From Eledone cirrhosa (lineage: Eukaryota): a DNA stretch of 64,000 nucleotides. The translations under genes and the position numbers were made by a program. Positions 41,761-55,594 of the stretch are shown piece after piece. The stretch covers positions 53,940,001-54,004,000 of the forward strand of contig OZ024748.1 in NCBI GenBank assembly GCA_964016885.1, in the 5' to 3' direction. Below the pieces are notes generated by a model. The model worked only from the letters and a program-made list of their open reading frames with translations. It did no database searches and was not told the origin of the DNA. Each line of letters starts with the position of its first letter. Within the stretch, counting starts at the first letter, position 1.

Positions 41761-42290
41761 TGAGGTAAATATTACACCAGTTTCACTTTGGAGGTGAATA
41801 TTACACCAGTTTCACTTTGGAGGTGAATATTACAATGGTTTCAGTTTGGAGGTGAATATTACACTGGTTTCAGTTTGGAGGTGAATATTACCCTGGTTTC
41901 AGTTTGGAGGTGAATATTACCCTGGTTTCAGTCTGGAGGTGAATATTACACTGGTTTCAGTTTGGAGGTGAATATTACACTGGTTTCAGTTTGGAGGTGA
42001 ATATTACCCTGGTTTCAGTCTGGAGGTGAATATTACACTGGTTTCAGTCTGGAGGTGAATATTACACTGGTTTCAGTTTGGAGGTGAATATTACACTGGT
42101 TTCAGTTTGGAGGTGAATATTACCCTGGTTTCAGTCTGGAGGTGAATATTACACTGGTTTCAGTTTGGAGGTGAATATTACACTGGTTTCAGTCTGGAGG
42201 TGAATATTACACTGGTTTCAGTTTGGAGGTGAATATTACCCTGGTTTCAGTCTGGAGGTGAATATTACACTGGTTTCAGTTTGAAGTGAA
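41761..42290. repeat. 29-bp minisatellite, ~18 copies
   Basis: ggaggtgaatattacactggtttcagttt. Confidence 0.96.
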
Positions 42291-43088
42291 ATTTGTTTTT
42301 CTGGTTGTTTTAGATGTGCTTTGAATGAATATGACCTTCAGCACAGTTGGAAATTGGTAAAAAATCATTACATAATGGAACTGTGAAACAAAAATTATAC
42401 TCTAAACGACACTTAAGACATTTTAAATATCAAAATATTAAAGCTTCATAAATATATTCTCCCCTCATGAGAATTTCAAAACTCTGCCATCTCTACACAA
42501 TGGGCTGATTAGCTGCCTCGGATTACATATGGGGTTTGGATTTTTGCCCATTTTCCAGACATAAATGGGTAGGGGTGGGGGCACTTATATTTGGATTGGC
42601 TTATATTTGGGTATATATAGGCGATGAATTGGCAATCATTAGAATGTTGAATAGAATGCTTTGCTGTATTCGTATGAGCTCTTTGCTCTCTCAGTTCAAA
42701 TCCCGCCAAGTTCAACTTTGTCTCTTATCCTTTTGAGGTTGATAAAAAAAGTACCAGTCAAATACTGGGGTCAACCCATGCTAGAGTGGAAGATAGACGT
42801 TAATCGATGCTGATAATGATGATGATGATGATGAATTCTTCCTCTATATCTCTTCCTCTCTTTCACTATCTAACCTTCTTGGAAGAAATCTGCTGTATTC
42901 AGACCTGGAGAGAGATCTGCTCTGCCAGGTTTTAAAATACCCTAGAAACACTGTATGTCAATTTGACGGTCCTACGATTCCTTCAGGAGTTACTACAGGT
43001 CCATACACGCATATTTGAGTATATATAAGTGTTTAATTATTTTTCATATTTTTTTAACAATCTCTCCTTTATTTCTGTCTCCTTACAG

Positions 43089-43199
43089 ACTGCATCACCT
43101 TGTGGAAGGTCTAGTTTGAGATTTTATCAAATTGGTATCTGAGAGATAATCTTTACTATGATGGTACCATGAGAGTCATTCTACACAATATGTTTGAAG
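43089..43199 (+). other. Candidate 111-nt spliced exon (5'UTR or non-coding)
   Basis: Branch-like tttaac, a long pyrimidine tract and ttacag| upstream; AAG|gtaggt donor; stop codons in all three frames. Confidence 0.4.
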
Positions 43200-44671
43200 G
43201 TAGGTTGAATTGAAAACTATTTCATTTAGTTGTTTCTGTTCCAGGCTTTGATGGATCTAACGTTTACCTCCACCCCAATTTAAAAAAAAAGAAGAAAAAA
43301 AACGAAAAAAAAAAGTACATGTTGCTTATTTACCTATGACCAATGTAGAACATTTTTCAATTCTGAAAAAGGGGAAAAAAATTTGCATGAAAAAAAAATA
43401 CGAAGAATTTATTGTAACTATTTTTGAGTAACTACAGATCTAATTTTAAAGTTGTTTATATTTTTTTAACCAAAAAAGATAAAAAATAATAACGAAAATT
43501 TAATATCAATTTAATAAAGTAGCATTAATTTTTTTCTTTATATATTCATTTTTCTTTTTAAATCTGAAACTTAAATTTGAATGTTATATATTTGAAATTT
43601 TTTTTAAATGTTAAATAACTTGATGTATATTTTATGTGTGAGAAATCAAGAGAGAAGGGGTGGGGAGAGAGCAGGTGGAGGGAGAGGGAGAGGGAGAGTG
43701 AGAGAGAGCAAGAGAGAGATCATACATATTTGAGTGCGAGATATTCTCTCTAGAGACGTACAATTTTAACTAAATACATATGTAGCTGAGTTGAATATGG
43801 TGAGGTGAAGTAGACCACCTAGCCAAACTAATTTTACATTTGTTTAATATAAACAGTGTAACAGGCTGGATGTTTTTTTTCACTTATTTCATACAGATAT
43901 ATTATAGCAAATATTTTCTACAGTATAAAGTTTCATCTATTAATTGCTATATTATGTTGAACATGCCTATATCCACATATGCATATACACACCTTTGCAA
44001 ACATATACTAATGCATATATATTTATATAACATAAATTGCTATTCAGAGTTTCTTGCTGGAAATGTTTTATGATGTATTGTCACTATAGAGCTTCCATTG
44101 CAGTCTGGGGATTGGATGGGTTTAAGTGTATATACTGTACATCATCATCATCATCATTGTTTAGCGTCCATTTTTCCATATTGACACTGGTTAGACAGGT
44201 TGTTCACATTGGGAGACAAGTCTGGCCAGAAGGGGCCATGTTGTACCTTGTTTCAACAGGACTGTAAATTTGGCCGGGATTTTACAACTGGGTGCCCTTC
44301 CTTACACCAACCACATTTACAGTGTGGAACAGATTCATGTGTATTATTGAGGTTAACTTTGCCTTTCATCTTTACGGCGACGGTGTTGATAAAATAAAGT
44401 ACCAGTAATGCACTGGGATAATTGCTGGCCTTGTGCCAAAAGTAGAAACAATGATTGCTATTAGCTCATACTTTTTTATCGCCAATATGAGACTAAGAAA
44501 GAATCTAAAAACATGACCATACTAACTTATTTAAAGTCAATAGAAAATCAATGTTGCAAAAACCAGAGCACAAGTACATTGAAGCAAATTATTTTAAATC
44601 ATCATTGACATAATTTTTTAACTAATAAAAGTTTAAGATCATTCATCAAGTTTCCACATTATTGGAGAGGC

Positions 44672-44898
44672 TTAACCCTTTAGTATTTACATTAATCTAT
44701 ATATAATTGTATTTTCACGGTAAACACTTGATCTCACATAATTATCTCATGTAATATCGAATCTATGATATTTTGACATTATTTATTTTGGAAACAATAC
44801 CTTAACATTAGTATGAGCAGTTAGTTATGGTCGGTTTGAACAGAAAGAGGTGAGAGGATTCTGGCCGGATACAGCTGGTTTAAATGCGAAAGGGTTAA
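44672..44898. mobile_element. piggyBac-type MITE
   Basis: TTAA|CCCTTTAG...AAAGGG|TTAA. Confidence 0.87.
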
Positions 44899-45142
44899 GC
44901 CCTAAAATCACCTTAGTACTGGATGGCTTGCACTATTGAAAATAGAGTGAAGTGATTTGAGTCCCAGGTTCAGCTTGCTCTGGCTAGTAGTACCTGAAAT
45001 GGTCCCCTACCCAGGGTTATGGACCCCCCACCATCACCACCACCACTATTCCACACTTGACTTTAAATCACTTGGTTAGTTTTTCGCTTGTGTTGAAAAA
45101 GGAGAAGAGATGAAGTTTGAGGGTTGCACCTTACCTTCATTA

Positions 45143-45308
45143 ATGGTGAATTGGCAGTATCGGTAGAGGGCTGGACGCCATGCTTTCTAGCATAGTTACA
45201 TCCCTTTACGGTCTGAGTTCAAATCCCGTTGAGGTTAACTTTGCCCTTCATCCTTATGGGGTCGATAAAATAAAGTACCAGTAATAAACTGTGTAATTGC
45301 TGGCCATA
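45143..45308 (+). mobile_element. SINE family A
   Basis: Same motifs as 56369-56565. Confidence 0.85.
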
Positions 45309-45580
45309 AGGAATGTCAAAACATGTAACTAAAATCCTAGTCATTTAGAACATTTAGGGTACATAATTGTTATTAGTGTGAAAGGCATCATGTGGAGAGT
45401 GAGGAGTTAAAAAGATGTTCAGCTTGAAAGAACACCATTACAGGCAGCACTGGTTGGAAGTGTAATAGGTATAGGTAAAATGCACGAACAAATAATCACA
45501 AGCAAAAAAAAACACAGGCAAAAAAGTTATGAGCAAGGAAAATTGGTGTACAATGCAGGAGTCAATATATATATATATAT

Positions 45581-46299
45581 ATGTGAAAAAATGGGGAGAA
45601 GAATACTGCAGGTTGCACATGGATAACATGTTATAAAATGAGTCCCTCATCAGTGATTTGCCGACGATCATAGATATTTCATTGCATTAAAAATCATATA
45701 CCTCACGTCGGTGCAATAATAACTAAATTAAGTTATTAGGACAATTAAAACGCGTAAAGCGAGTGAGACAAGTAAACAACAAAGAGGAAAGCTAACCGTA
45801 GAAGGAAGGGAACAAGCTACATAGTTATTCTGTTAGCATAAGCTAGGTGAATATATGAGCGCTTAGAAAAAAGACCTTTCGAGATGAATCCAAATGTAAG
45901 AAAGAAGGAAATTGTATTCGTCGCGAACGGGGTGAAGTGAGAAGGGGAGAAACAGTGAGTGAGTGAGTGGAAGTGTGAGGAAGAGTTAACTGACATGACA
46001 GACGGGGCGAAAGAAAGTAGGAGAAACAGAGAGAACGAGGGAGCAGTAAGAGAGAGAGAGAGAAAAACAGAATCGCAGTTTAGGTAAATATATGTGAAAA
46101 AATGGGGAGAAGAATACTGCAGGTTGCACATGGATAACATGTTATAAAATGAGTCCCTCATCAGTGATTTGCCGACGATCATAGATATTTCATTGCATTA
46201 AAAATCATATACCTCACGTCGGTGCAATAATAACTAAATTAAGTTATTAGGACAATTAAAACGCGTAAAGCGAGTGAGACAAGTAAACAACAAAGAGGA
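45581..46299. mobile_element. 719-bp (TA)n-flanked element with 208-bp apparently identical terminal direct repeats (period 511)
   Basis: 45581-45788 matches 46092-46299; no ORF of note. Confidence 0.7.
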
Positions 46300-46313
46300 T
46301 ATATATATATATA

Positions 46314-46552
46314 TATAATAACTAGAAATTGATTAACATATATATAAACATGAATAATCACAGGAGATAATTATCTCCTGTGATTATTCATGTTTATATA
46401 TATGTTAATCAATTTCTAGTTATTATAAAATGCTCGAACCTACTCGATAGAATCTTTGAGCTTATTTTCCGGGTGATAGGGTGCATGCCGTTATGGCATG
46501 ACACCCATAATTTTGATTTAGGTTAAATTCATTTAATTTATCTTAATTTTGG
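46314..46552. repeat. Perfect palindrome (57-bp arms, no loop) plus ~125-bp extension, in (TA)n
   Basis: 46314-46370 and 46371-46427 are reverse complements; the extension contains the hairpin gggtg-catgcc-gttat-ggcatg-a-caccc. Confidence 0.88.
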
Positions 46553-46583
<31 letters not shown>

Positions 46584-47379
46584 AGGGGTGAAATATATAT
46601 ATATATTTGACCACTGGCTGCTGGTTTCTGTCTTCTGAGACATTTTTGCCTATTGCTATCTTTGACAGCATTTCGCTGTTTTAATTGCTTCGTCTCGATC
46701 AGAGATAACATTGTATTTTTCATTTCTTTTCATTTAACTTTATCATAGCTATGATTAGTTTTCTATTTAGGACAGACACCACAGCTTAAAGTCCACTATT
46801 CCATTATTTTATTTTATTTGCTTTCTTTCGTCCTTCTATCTGTGCTGTTTGTTTTATCACACATTTTACCAGCAGAAAGGTTTATTTTTCTGTTGTACAA
46901 TCCAGCATTTTAAAACAGTGCTCTCAATTAAATCGTGCGAAACCATTTTGCTGGTTTGGGAGCTGATGACGGTGTCTTCATATTAAAAACTGAATGTTTA
47001 TTTCCAGGGACTATGTTGTAAAATAAACCTCATTTGGCCGTCCATGAGAGTATCTTAGTCAGGCTGTGAACCTTTCAGCCAACCCTTGTGCATGTATGCG
47101 TGTATATATATATATATATTTAGAGGTTCTGTGAGAGTGTGTATGTCTATCTGCAGTGAGTGTATGTAAAGAGTGAGACCATGTGTATGTATGAGTGTGC
47201 ACGTGTGTGCATGTGTGTGTTTGTGTGTGCATGTGTGTGTTAGATATGAGACAGGGTTTTAGATATTAAGAGAGAGAGAGAAAGTGACTTCTCCCCTAAA
47301 TCTCTAAGACAGACTCTGTGGACCATGAAGAACATGTCAGGAAGACATGTGAACTGTTAAGCTGATGTTGGCTGTATAA

Positions 47380-48130
47380 TTAGTGGTGGTGGTGATGGCG
47401 GTGGTGGTGGTGTTTGTGGTGGTGGTGGTGCTGTTGTTATTTGTGTTGGTGGCTGTGTTGGTAGTGGTGGTGGTGGTGGAGGACACTGTGTCTGTTATGG
47501 TAGTGGTGTAACTGTTGTTGGGGTTGGTGATGGTGGTGTGGTCATTGTTGGCTCTGATGATGGTGCGATTGTTGTTGGTGGTGATGGTGGTGTGGTTGGT
47601 GGTGGTGATGGTGGTGTGGTTGTTGTTGGTGGTGATGGCGGTGCGATTGTTGTTGGTGGTGATGGTGGTGCGATTGTTGTTGGTGGTGATGGTGGTGTGG
47701 TTGCTGTTGTTGGTGATGGTGGTGTGGTTGCTGTTGTTGGTGATGGTGGTGCGATTGTTGTTGGTGGTGATGGCGGTGTGGTTGCTGTTGGTTGTTGTTG
47801 GTGGTGATGGCGGTGTGGTTGCTGTTGGTTGTTGTTGGGGGTGATGGTTGTTATCTTGGTGGTAGTGACGTGCTGTTGTTGGTGGAGATGGTGGTTTGGT
47901 TGTTATTGGTGGAGATGGTTGTCATTTTGGTGGTAGTGACGTGTTGTTGTTGGTGGTGGTGGTGGGGATGGTGTGGTGGTTGTTGTGACTTTGATGGTGG
48001 AGGACGTTGTAATGGTGGTCGTGGTGGTAGTAGTAGAGATAGTAGTGGGACTGATGGTTGTGGTAGTTGTGTCGGTTATTATGATGGCATTGGTGGTGGT
48101 TGTGGTGATAGTAGTGGGACCGATGGTAGT
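47380..48130. repeat. GGT/GTT-rich degenerate repeat
   Basis: Seen directly. Confidence 0.9.
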
Positions 48131-48282
48131 GGTGTGAGGTTTAGTGTAACTGTCTAGTGTAATATAAGAGGTTATTGTTATTTAACCCTAGGTCAATCTT
48201 GACTCAGTAGACATATGTCCCTAAGACATTGAAGATGTGATCATACCACACTTTTTTTCTATGTGCAAGGGACCTCCATGAC

Positions 48283-48327
<45 letters not shown>

Positions 48328-48330
<3 letters not shown>

Positions 48331-48574
48331 GGAAAAATTTGAACAGGAACAAAACAGAGAGGCAGTACAACGAATGTTTATTAATTTCACGCTCTGGGGA
48401 GTGGGGTGGTGGTGGGGAACGACGTTTCGGGCATAAGCCCTTCCTCAGGTGAGAAGTGTGTGGGAACAGAGTTCAAAGGGTGTGTAGGGGAATGGTGGAG
48501 AGACATATAGCGAAAGGAAACGGTGCGAATGAAATTAAAAATAAAAATAAAAATAAAGCATGATCAAAATACAA

Positions 48575-48578
<4 letters not shown>
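48328..48578 (-). mobile_element. (TA)n-inserted HHR-bearing element; shorter copy at 63777-63860
   Basis: Shares its 3' end with 63777-63860; AATAAA lies downstream of the HHR. Confidence 0.72.
48419..48450 (-). ncRNA. Minimal type I hammerhead motif with a GUC site
   Basis: ac-CTGAGGA-a-GGGC-ttat-GCCC-GAAA-CG-TC-gt; stem I is only 2 bp. Confidence 0.75.
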
Positions 48579-48608
<30 letters not shown>

Positions 48609-48863
48609 AAGAAGGTGTGGTAAGACACCAGGTGGACCATAATGCACCAGAGTACTCGAAACGGTCGGAGCTCAGCCACCAGGGTCCTGTCTCTTTTCAT
48701 ATAATATGTGTGTGTGTGAAATAAGGTTAAGTCTAGACAATATAATGTATATTGTTTAAGTTAGTCAACAAAGGAAGCTCAATAAACAATTAGTTCAGAG
48801 CATAATACGACAATCTTCAGTTGATTCTTTCTATGAGTGAGTACATATATTATTAATCATTAT

Positions 48864-49290
48864 ATAAGGGTGGCGAATTGGCAGTATCAGTAGAGAGTTA
48901 GACGCCATGCTTTCCAGCATAGTTACATCCCTTTACGGACTGAGTTCAAATCCCGGCGAGGTTAACTTTGCCTTTCATCCTTTCGGGGTTGATAAAATAA
49001 AGTACCAGTAATAAACTGGGTAATTGCTGGCCTTGTGCCAAAAGTAGAAACAATTATATAAGGGTGGTGAATTGGCAGAATCGGTAGAGTGTCGGACAAA
49101 ATGCTTTGCAGTATCTAGTTATGGCTCTTTACGTTCTGAGATCAAATCCCGCTGAGGTTAGCTTTGCCTTTCATCCTTATGGGGGTCGATAAAATAAAGT
49201 ACCAGTCATACCCTGGGGTCAATTTAATCAACTTTTCCCTTCTCTTCAAATTTGCTGGCCTTGTGCCTAAATCAGAAATCATTATTATCA
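48864..49290 (+). mobile_element. Two tandem SINE-A copies
   Basis: Both start attatataagggtgg.gaattggcag. Confidence 0.88.
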
Positions 49291-49371
49291 TTATATATAT
49301 ATGTACATGATACTAGTTGTTTCTCAACTAGATATATGAAAGAAAAATGTTTGTATATCGTTTGAATTATA

Positions 49372-49517
49372 CAGGTAAAATTCCTTTATAACGAATACCA
49401 TTATAACATTTTTCAGTATAACAATTTTTTTTTCAATCCCCAGCTAATGACAAACATTTGATTTGTTACAACAAATTTTTTTTTATACCCAGTGAATTTC
49501 GATATAACAGAATTTCA

Positions 49518-49520
<3 letters not shown>
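49372..49520. mobile_element. pogo/Tigger-like MITE (decayed)
   Basis: TA|caggtaaaattcctttataacgaa...ttcgatataacagaatttcactg. Confidence 0.5.
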
Positions 49521-49585
<65 letters not shown>

Positions 49586-49952
49586 TTATATATAAAAAAT
49601 AATAATAATAATAATAATGAAAATATTGTGTACAGTGCTGAGGTGCACTACAACTCATCAAAAGTGTATGTATAGTACATAGGGTAATGTACAAACGTCA
49701 GGAAAATGAAGATATATATATATATATATTGGAAAATGTGTGAAATCCTTGGTACAGTTAGATATATTTATAATATTACAAATCATAATATTATAAAATT
49801 AAAGTCATCTTTTTCCTTTTTATAAATATATATGTGTGTGTATGTGTGTGTGTGTATGTGCGTGTGTGTGTGTTTTCTCAAATAAAATGTTTCTGTTCTT
49901 TCCACTTCTCACTCTCTATCTTCATATTTCATCTTTTATATTTCTCTTTCTA

Positions 49953-49988
49953 TTTTCTGATGAAGGACTTGTGTCCGAAATGTAAAGA
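49953..49988 (+). ncRNA. Minimal hammerhead motif inside a microsatellite-flanked insert (~49875-50075)
   Basis: tttt-CTGATGA-a-GGAC-ttgt-GTCC-GAAA-TG-TA-aaga; TG is probably a deaminated CG. Confidence 0.68.
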
Positions 49989-50118
49989 CTCTTTTCCTAC
50001 TGTTTCAAGTGTTAGATTAATATTTTTCTTCATTCTACTGTGTTGTTTGCTTTGTTGTTTCTGTTTGTCTTTTGCATATATATATATATTTGCATATATA
50101 TATATTTGCATATATATA

Positions 50119-50171
<53 letters not shown>

Positions 50172-50259
50172 ACGTGTGTGCGTGTGTGTGAAAACTTTAT
50201 TCTATCTTGACAGTGGGATCTCAGTTTCACAAGTTATATCCTGCCTTTCAAACACCGCT

Positions 50260-52600
50260 AATCACAACCACCACTACATACTACCCAGTACACTACTACC
50301 ACCACCTAAACACACCACCACCACTACACAGTACCACTACCACCACCACTACATACCACCACCACCACTACACACAACCACCACCACTACACACCACCAC
50401 CACGCTACCACTACCTCAACACCCTACCACCACTACACACAACCACTACCACTACACACAACCACCACCACTATATACTACCACCCCCACTACTCAGTAC
50501 ACTACATACTACTACCTCAATACACAACCACCACTACACACAACCACCACCACGACTACCATCCCCACTACTCAGTACACTACATACTACCACCTCAACA
50601 CACAACCACCATCACTACATAATACCACCACTACACACAACCACCACCATGACTACCACCCTTACTACTCAGTACACTACATACTACCACCTCAACACAT
50701 CTGTTTCACAAAGGACACCATGAATGAAGTGAACATAACAACATTATTGCCCATCCAACACTGAGTGAGAGAGGAAGCGAGCCCATTACAGTGATTTAAC
50801 AGTATAGGTGGCGCCACCGATATGCTCTGTTAACACTCTGTGTGAGGTCTGTTGAGTTCTTTGTAGCAATGGAATGGTTCAGGAAACCTTTGAGTAACAA
50901 TGCTAATTAACAGAGCTATCATCATCTGAATGGATGCCAGCAACTTCCTTATTTCCAGTACACACATACACGTATAAACATACACACACACACGTACAAA
51001 CATACACACACATATGGACATATATACACATACACGTACAAACATACACACACACATATGGACATATATACACATACACGTACACACATACACACACACA
51101 TATGGACATATATACACATACACGTACAAACATACACACACATATATGGACATATATGCACGTACATGTTTAGACATACGCATACATGTATGTACATATA
51201 TACACATACACGTACAAACATACACACACATATATGGACATATATACACATACAAACATACACACACATATATGGACATATATACACGTACATGTTTAGA
51301 CATACACATACATGTATGTACATATATGCACGTACATGTTTAGACATACACATACATGTATGTACATATATACACATACACGTACAAACATACACACACA
51401 TATATGGACATATATACACGTACATGTTTAGACATACACATACATGTATGTACATATATGCACGTACATGTTTAGACATACACATACATGTATGTGCATA
51501 TATGCACGTACATGTTTAGACATACACATACATGTATGTACATATATGCACGTACATGTTTAGACATACACATACATGTATGTATGTACATATATGCACG
51601 TACATGTTTAGACATACACATACATGTATGTACATATATGCACGTACATGTTTAGACATACACATACATGTACAGACACACATACACATATGGACATATA
51701 TACACATACATGTTTAGACATACACACACACACATATATGGACATATATACACATACATGTTTAGACATACACATACATGTATGTACATATATACACATA
51801 CATGTTTAGACATACACATAGATGTATGTACATATATGCACGTACATGTTTAGACATACACATACATGTACAGACACACATACACATATGGACATATATA
51901 CACATACATGTTTAGACATACACACACACACATATATGGACATATATACACATACATGTTTAGACATACACATACATGTATGTACATATATACACATACA
52001 TGTTTAGACATACACATAGATGTATGTACATATATACATATACATGTACATACATACACATACATATATGGACATATATACACATACATGTACAGACATA
52101 CACACACACATATATGGACATATATACACATACATGTACAGACATACACATACATATATGGGCATATATACACATACATGTACAGACATACACATACATA
52201 TATGGGCATATATACACATACATGTACAGACATACACATACATATATGGGCATATATACACATACATGTACAGACATACACATACATATATGGGCATATA
52301 TACACATACATGTACAAACATACACATACATATATGGACATATATACACATACATATACAAACATACACACACACATATATGGACATATATGCACATATG
52401 TTGAGCCATACACATACATGTATGTACATATATACACATACATGTACAGACATACACACACACATGTATATATATATATATACACACACACATGTACAGA
52501 CATACACATACATGTATGTACACACACGCATGTACATATATACACATAGATGTACAGACATATACACACACAGATACACACACATGCATATATATATATA
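50260..52600. repeat. CAC-rich and CA/TA cryptic minisatellites, with a unique island at 50700-50958
   Basis: Seen directly. Confidence 0.88.
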
Positions 52601-52604
52601 TATC

Positions 52605-53246
52605 ATTATCATCATCATCATCGTTTAACATCCATTTTCCAGGCTAGCATGGGTTAGACAGGAGTTGTCCCACTTGAGGCAAGGTTGGTCGGGTGACCGT
52701 ATCTCACTCATATAGGACTATCTGGCAGGTTTTCTATGGCTGGATGCCCTTCCTAACACCAACCACATTTACAGTGTGGAACTGGGAACTTTTTACCGTG
52801 TTACCTACACGACCACATTACAGCGTGGACTGTGTGTTTTTTTCTCGTGACACCTACACGATATCGATCTCGATCTCATTTATCTCATTTATTTGGACTG
52901 GATGTTGTGGTACCAACTTTATAGAGAGAGGGTGGTGTTGGTGGGAGTGGGAGGATAGGGTAGGGGTAGTGGATTGGGATGTATATTTGGTTAAGAGGTG
53001 CCTACTGACTGTATTACTGCGTAGCGCCAAAGATCTCGGTCCAGTGACATTGTCTTAGAGAGGAATAAGTGTGTAAGGTCGGAATTTAACAAATCATCCC
53101 AGGTTTTTCTGGGTCTACCTACTCCGTAGCTTCCATCTATTTTGATCGCCTTGCACTTTTTTATACAGCTGTCGTCTTTCATGCGCATCACGTGGCCATA
53201 GCAACGTAGTCTTCTCTCGAGTAAACAGCATCTGATCCCTCTTATT

Positions 53247-53248
<2 letters not shown>
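52605..53248 (-). mobile_element. 5'-truncated 3' end of the same RTE family as 38259-41232
   Basis: GIRGIRCCLLERRLRCYGHVMRMKDDSCIKKC...GRPRKTWDD; (TA)n on both sides. Confidence 0.92.
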
Positions 53249-53300
<52 letters not shown>

Positions 53301-53972
53301 TTGCACACACAACACAACACATATTTGCTATATACTTGCATACAAAAATGTGTTTCACACACACATATATACATAAATACATACATACATATGTATGTAC
53401 ATTCTTCCATACATACAAACACTTACAGACATTCACATATACACAAACATACATTCTTTCACATATACACATATAGAGGTATGCGTTCATGCATATACAC
53501 ATTCACATATGCAAACATACTTGCATACTTATATGCTTGCATACATATATACAATACATACATACAAACACACGTGTATATATAAAAAAACACACATATA
53601 CACATACATGCACACATACATACATACATACACACATACAAATACATACACACATTCAAAACCAAATAAGCATAACTACTCCACTTAAAATGTAGAGAAA
53701 ATGGAACAACAATAACAATTTATTCAATTTGTTTCAAACCCACAAATGTGTAAGGAAGGGGTTATACCATGTAATCAAGCCCCTTAAATTATCAGGAAGT
53801 CCATCCCTTTTTTCATTAAAAGCAAATAAATAAATATATATATATATACAATAATACAATATGGTGTGATTTGGAAAAGAAAATTGGCTATTATTTCTAA
53901 CAGATCAATCAGGATCACGTAGAAATTTCTTCATAAGCACAAGCCCGCAGATCTTTGTAGGGGTGCAGTCCA

Positions 53973-55170
53973 TTAACCCTTTTGATAACAACCCACCCAA
54001 AACCAGCTCGAGTTCTATGAAAAACCTCCCACCCATTTTAATCCTTTCATGCCCATATTTTAAATCTAAACTATAATAAAGTAAGAAGCGCGGCACTGCG
54101 TACGGTTTATAATTTTTTATCCCCTTAGTAAAATAAGTTGGATTACTTAGAATAAATAATGAATGAATATTGCATAATTTATCTACTAAATTTCGTGGCT
54201 GTTCATTAAATATATTTTATTACTTATTTAAAATTTTCAAATGTCAACACTTCCGGTTAGCGATCGTTTAAATAAATATTCATATATTTCTGTCACTAAT
54301 TTTCTCTTAATGCAGTTTATATATAATATCGTCTTTTTTCAATTTCTGTGTATATTGTCAATTACAATTTTATTTGATCATATCTACATGCATATATACT
54401 TGCGTATAATATCAATATACACACTACACATCCTAGCAGATATATAATATCGTCTTTTTTTAATGTATCATGGATTACTTTACTGATTACAGAAGACTGT
54501 GTAACACAGTCTTCGTTCAATTTCTGTGTATATTGTCAATTACGGTTTTATTTGATGTATCGTATCTACATGCATATAAACTTGTGTATAATATCAATAT
54601 ACACACTACACAAGCTAGCAGAAAACCACCCGACGGTTGGTTTTTCTGCTAGTAATAATAATGAAAATTGTTGTGTACACTGCTCAGGTGCACTACAACT
54701 CATCAAAGGTGCATATATAGTACATAGAATAATTGTTTCTACTTTTGACACAAAGCCAGCGATTATCCTAGTGTATTACTGGTACTTTCTTTTATCGACC
54801 CCATAAGGATGAAAGGCAAAGTTAACCTCGGCAAGATTTGAACTCAGACTATAAAGGGCCGTAACTCTATGCTGCAAAGCGTGGCATCAGACCCTCTACT
54901 GATACTGCCAATCCACCACCTCTATAGTACATAGAATAATGTACAAATGTCAGGAAAGTCTAATGAAATACCTTCTATTTCAATTAATTAATGAAGAATT
55001 GTGATGGATTTACTAAAATTATTTATTGTTTCATTACTAAGATAGTAACATATGGTTCTTATATAAAAGTATGTTGGAAGTTTTAATTTAAATTGGAAAC
55101 ATTTAAAATGTGTTGTTTTATTTCATAGAACCAAAGCAGATTTTGGCCAGGTTGGTAACAAAAGTGTTAA
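53973..55170. mobile_element. Long piggyBac-type non-autonomous element containing a CR1-like tail, which itself contains a SINE-A (54734-54922)
   Basis: TTAA|cccttttgataacaacc...ggttggtaacaaaagtg|TTAA; SINE TSD tatagtacatagaataat at 54716-54733 and 54923-54940. Confidence 0.68.
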
Positions 55171-55285
55171 AGAGTTCTTTTGTATGTTAAAACCGTCCAA
55201 CATAATTATATATAAGAACTACATGTTGTTGTTATCTTAGAAATGAATGAATTAATAATTCTAGTAAATCTCTCAAAATTCCTCA

Positions 55286-55514
55286 TTAACACTTAAGCAT
55301 TTACATTTCTCTATATTTACTATTGTATTTTCATGGTAAACACTTTATTTCACATAATTATCTCACATAATATCGAATCTATGAGATTTTGATATTATTT
55401 ATTTTAAGAACAATACCATAGCATAAGTATGAGCAGCAGATTATGGCCGGTTTGAACAGAAAGAGGTGAGAGAGTTCTGGCTGGATACGGCTGGTTTAAA
55501 TGCTAAAAGGTTAA
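55286..55514. mobile_element. piggyBac-type MITE
   Basis: Colinear with 44672-44898; TTAA ends. Confidence 0.82.
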
Positions 55515-55594
55515 AGGATTCTTATTTAAATTAAAAACTTCCAACATAATTTTCCATAAGAATCTTTCATTAAGTTATATTACAAAATCTTCTT

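Noticed and set aside
48605-48703. Hammerhead at gagtactcGAAAcgGTC
   Set aside because: No CUGANGA core upstream; at most a fragment
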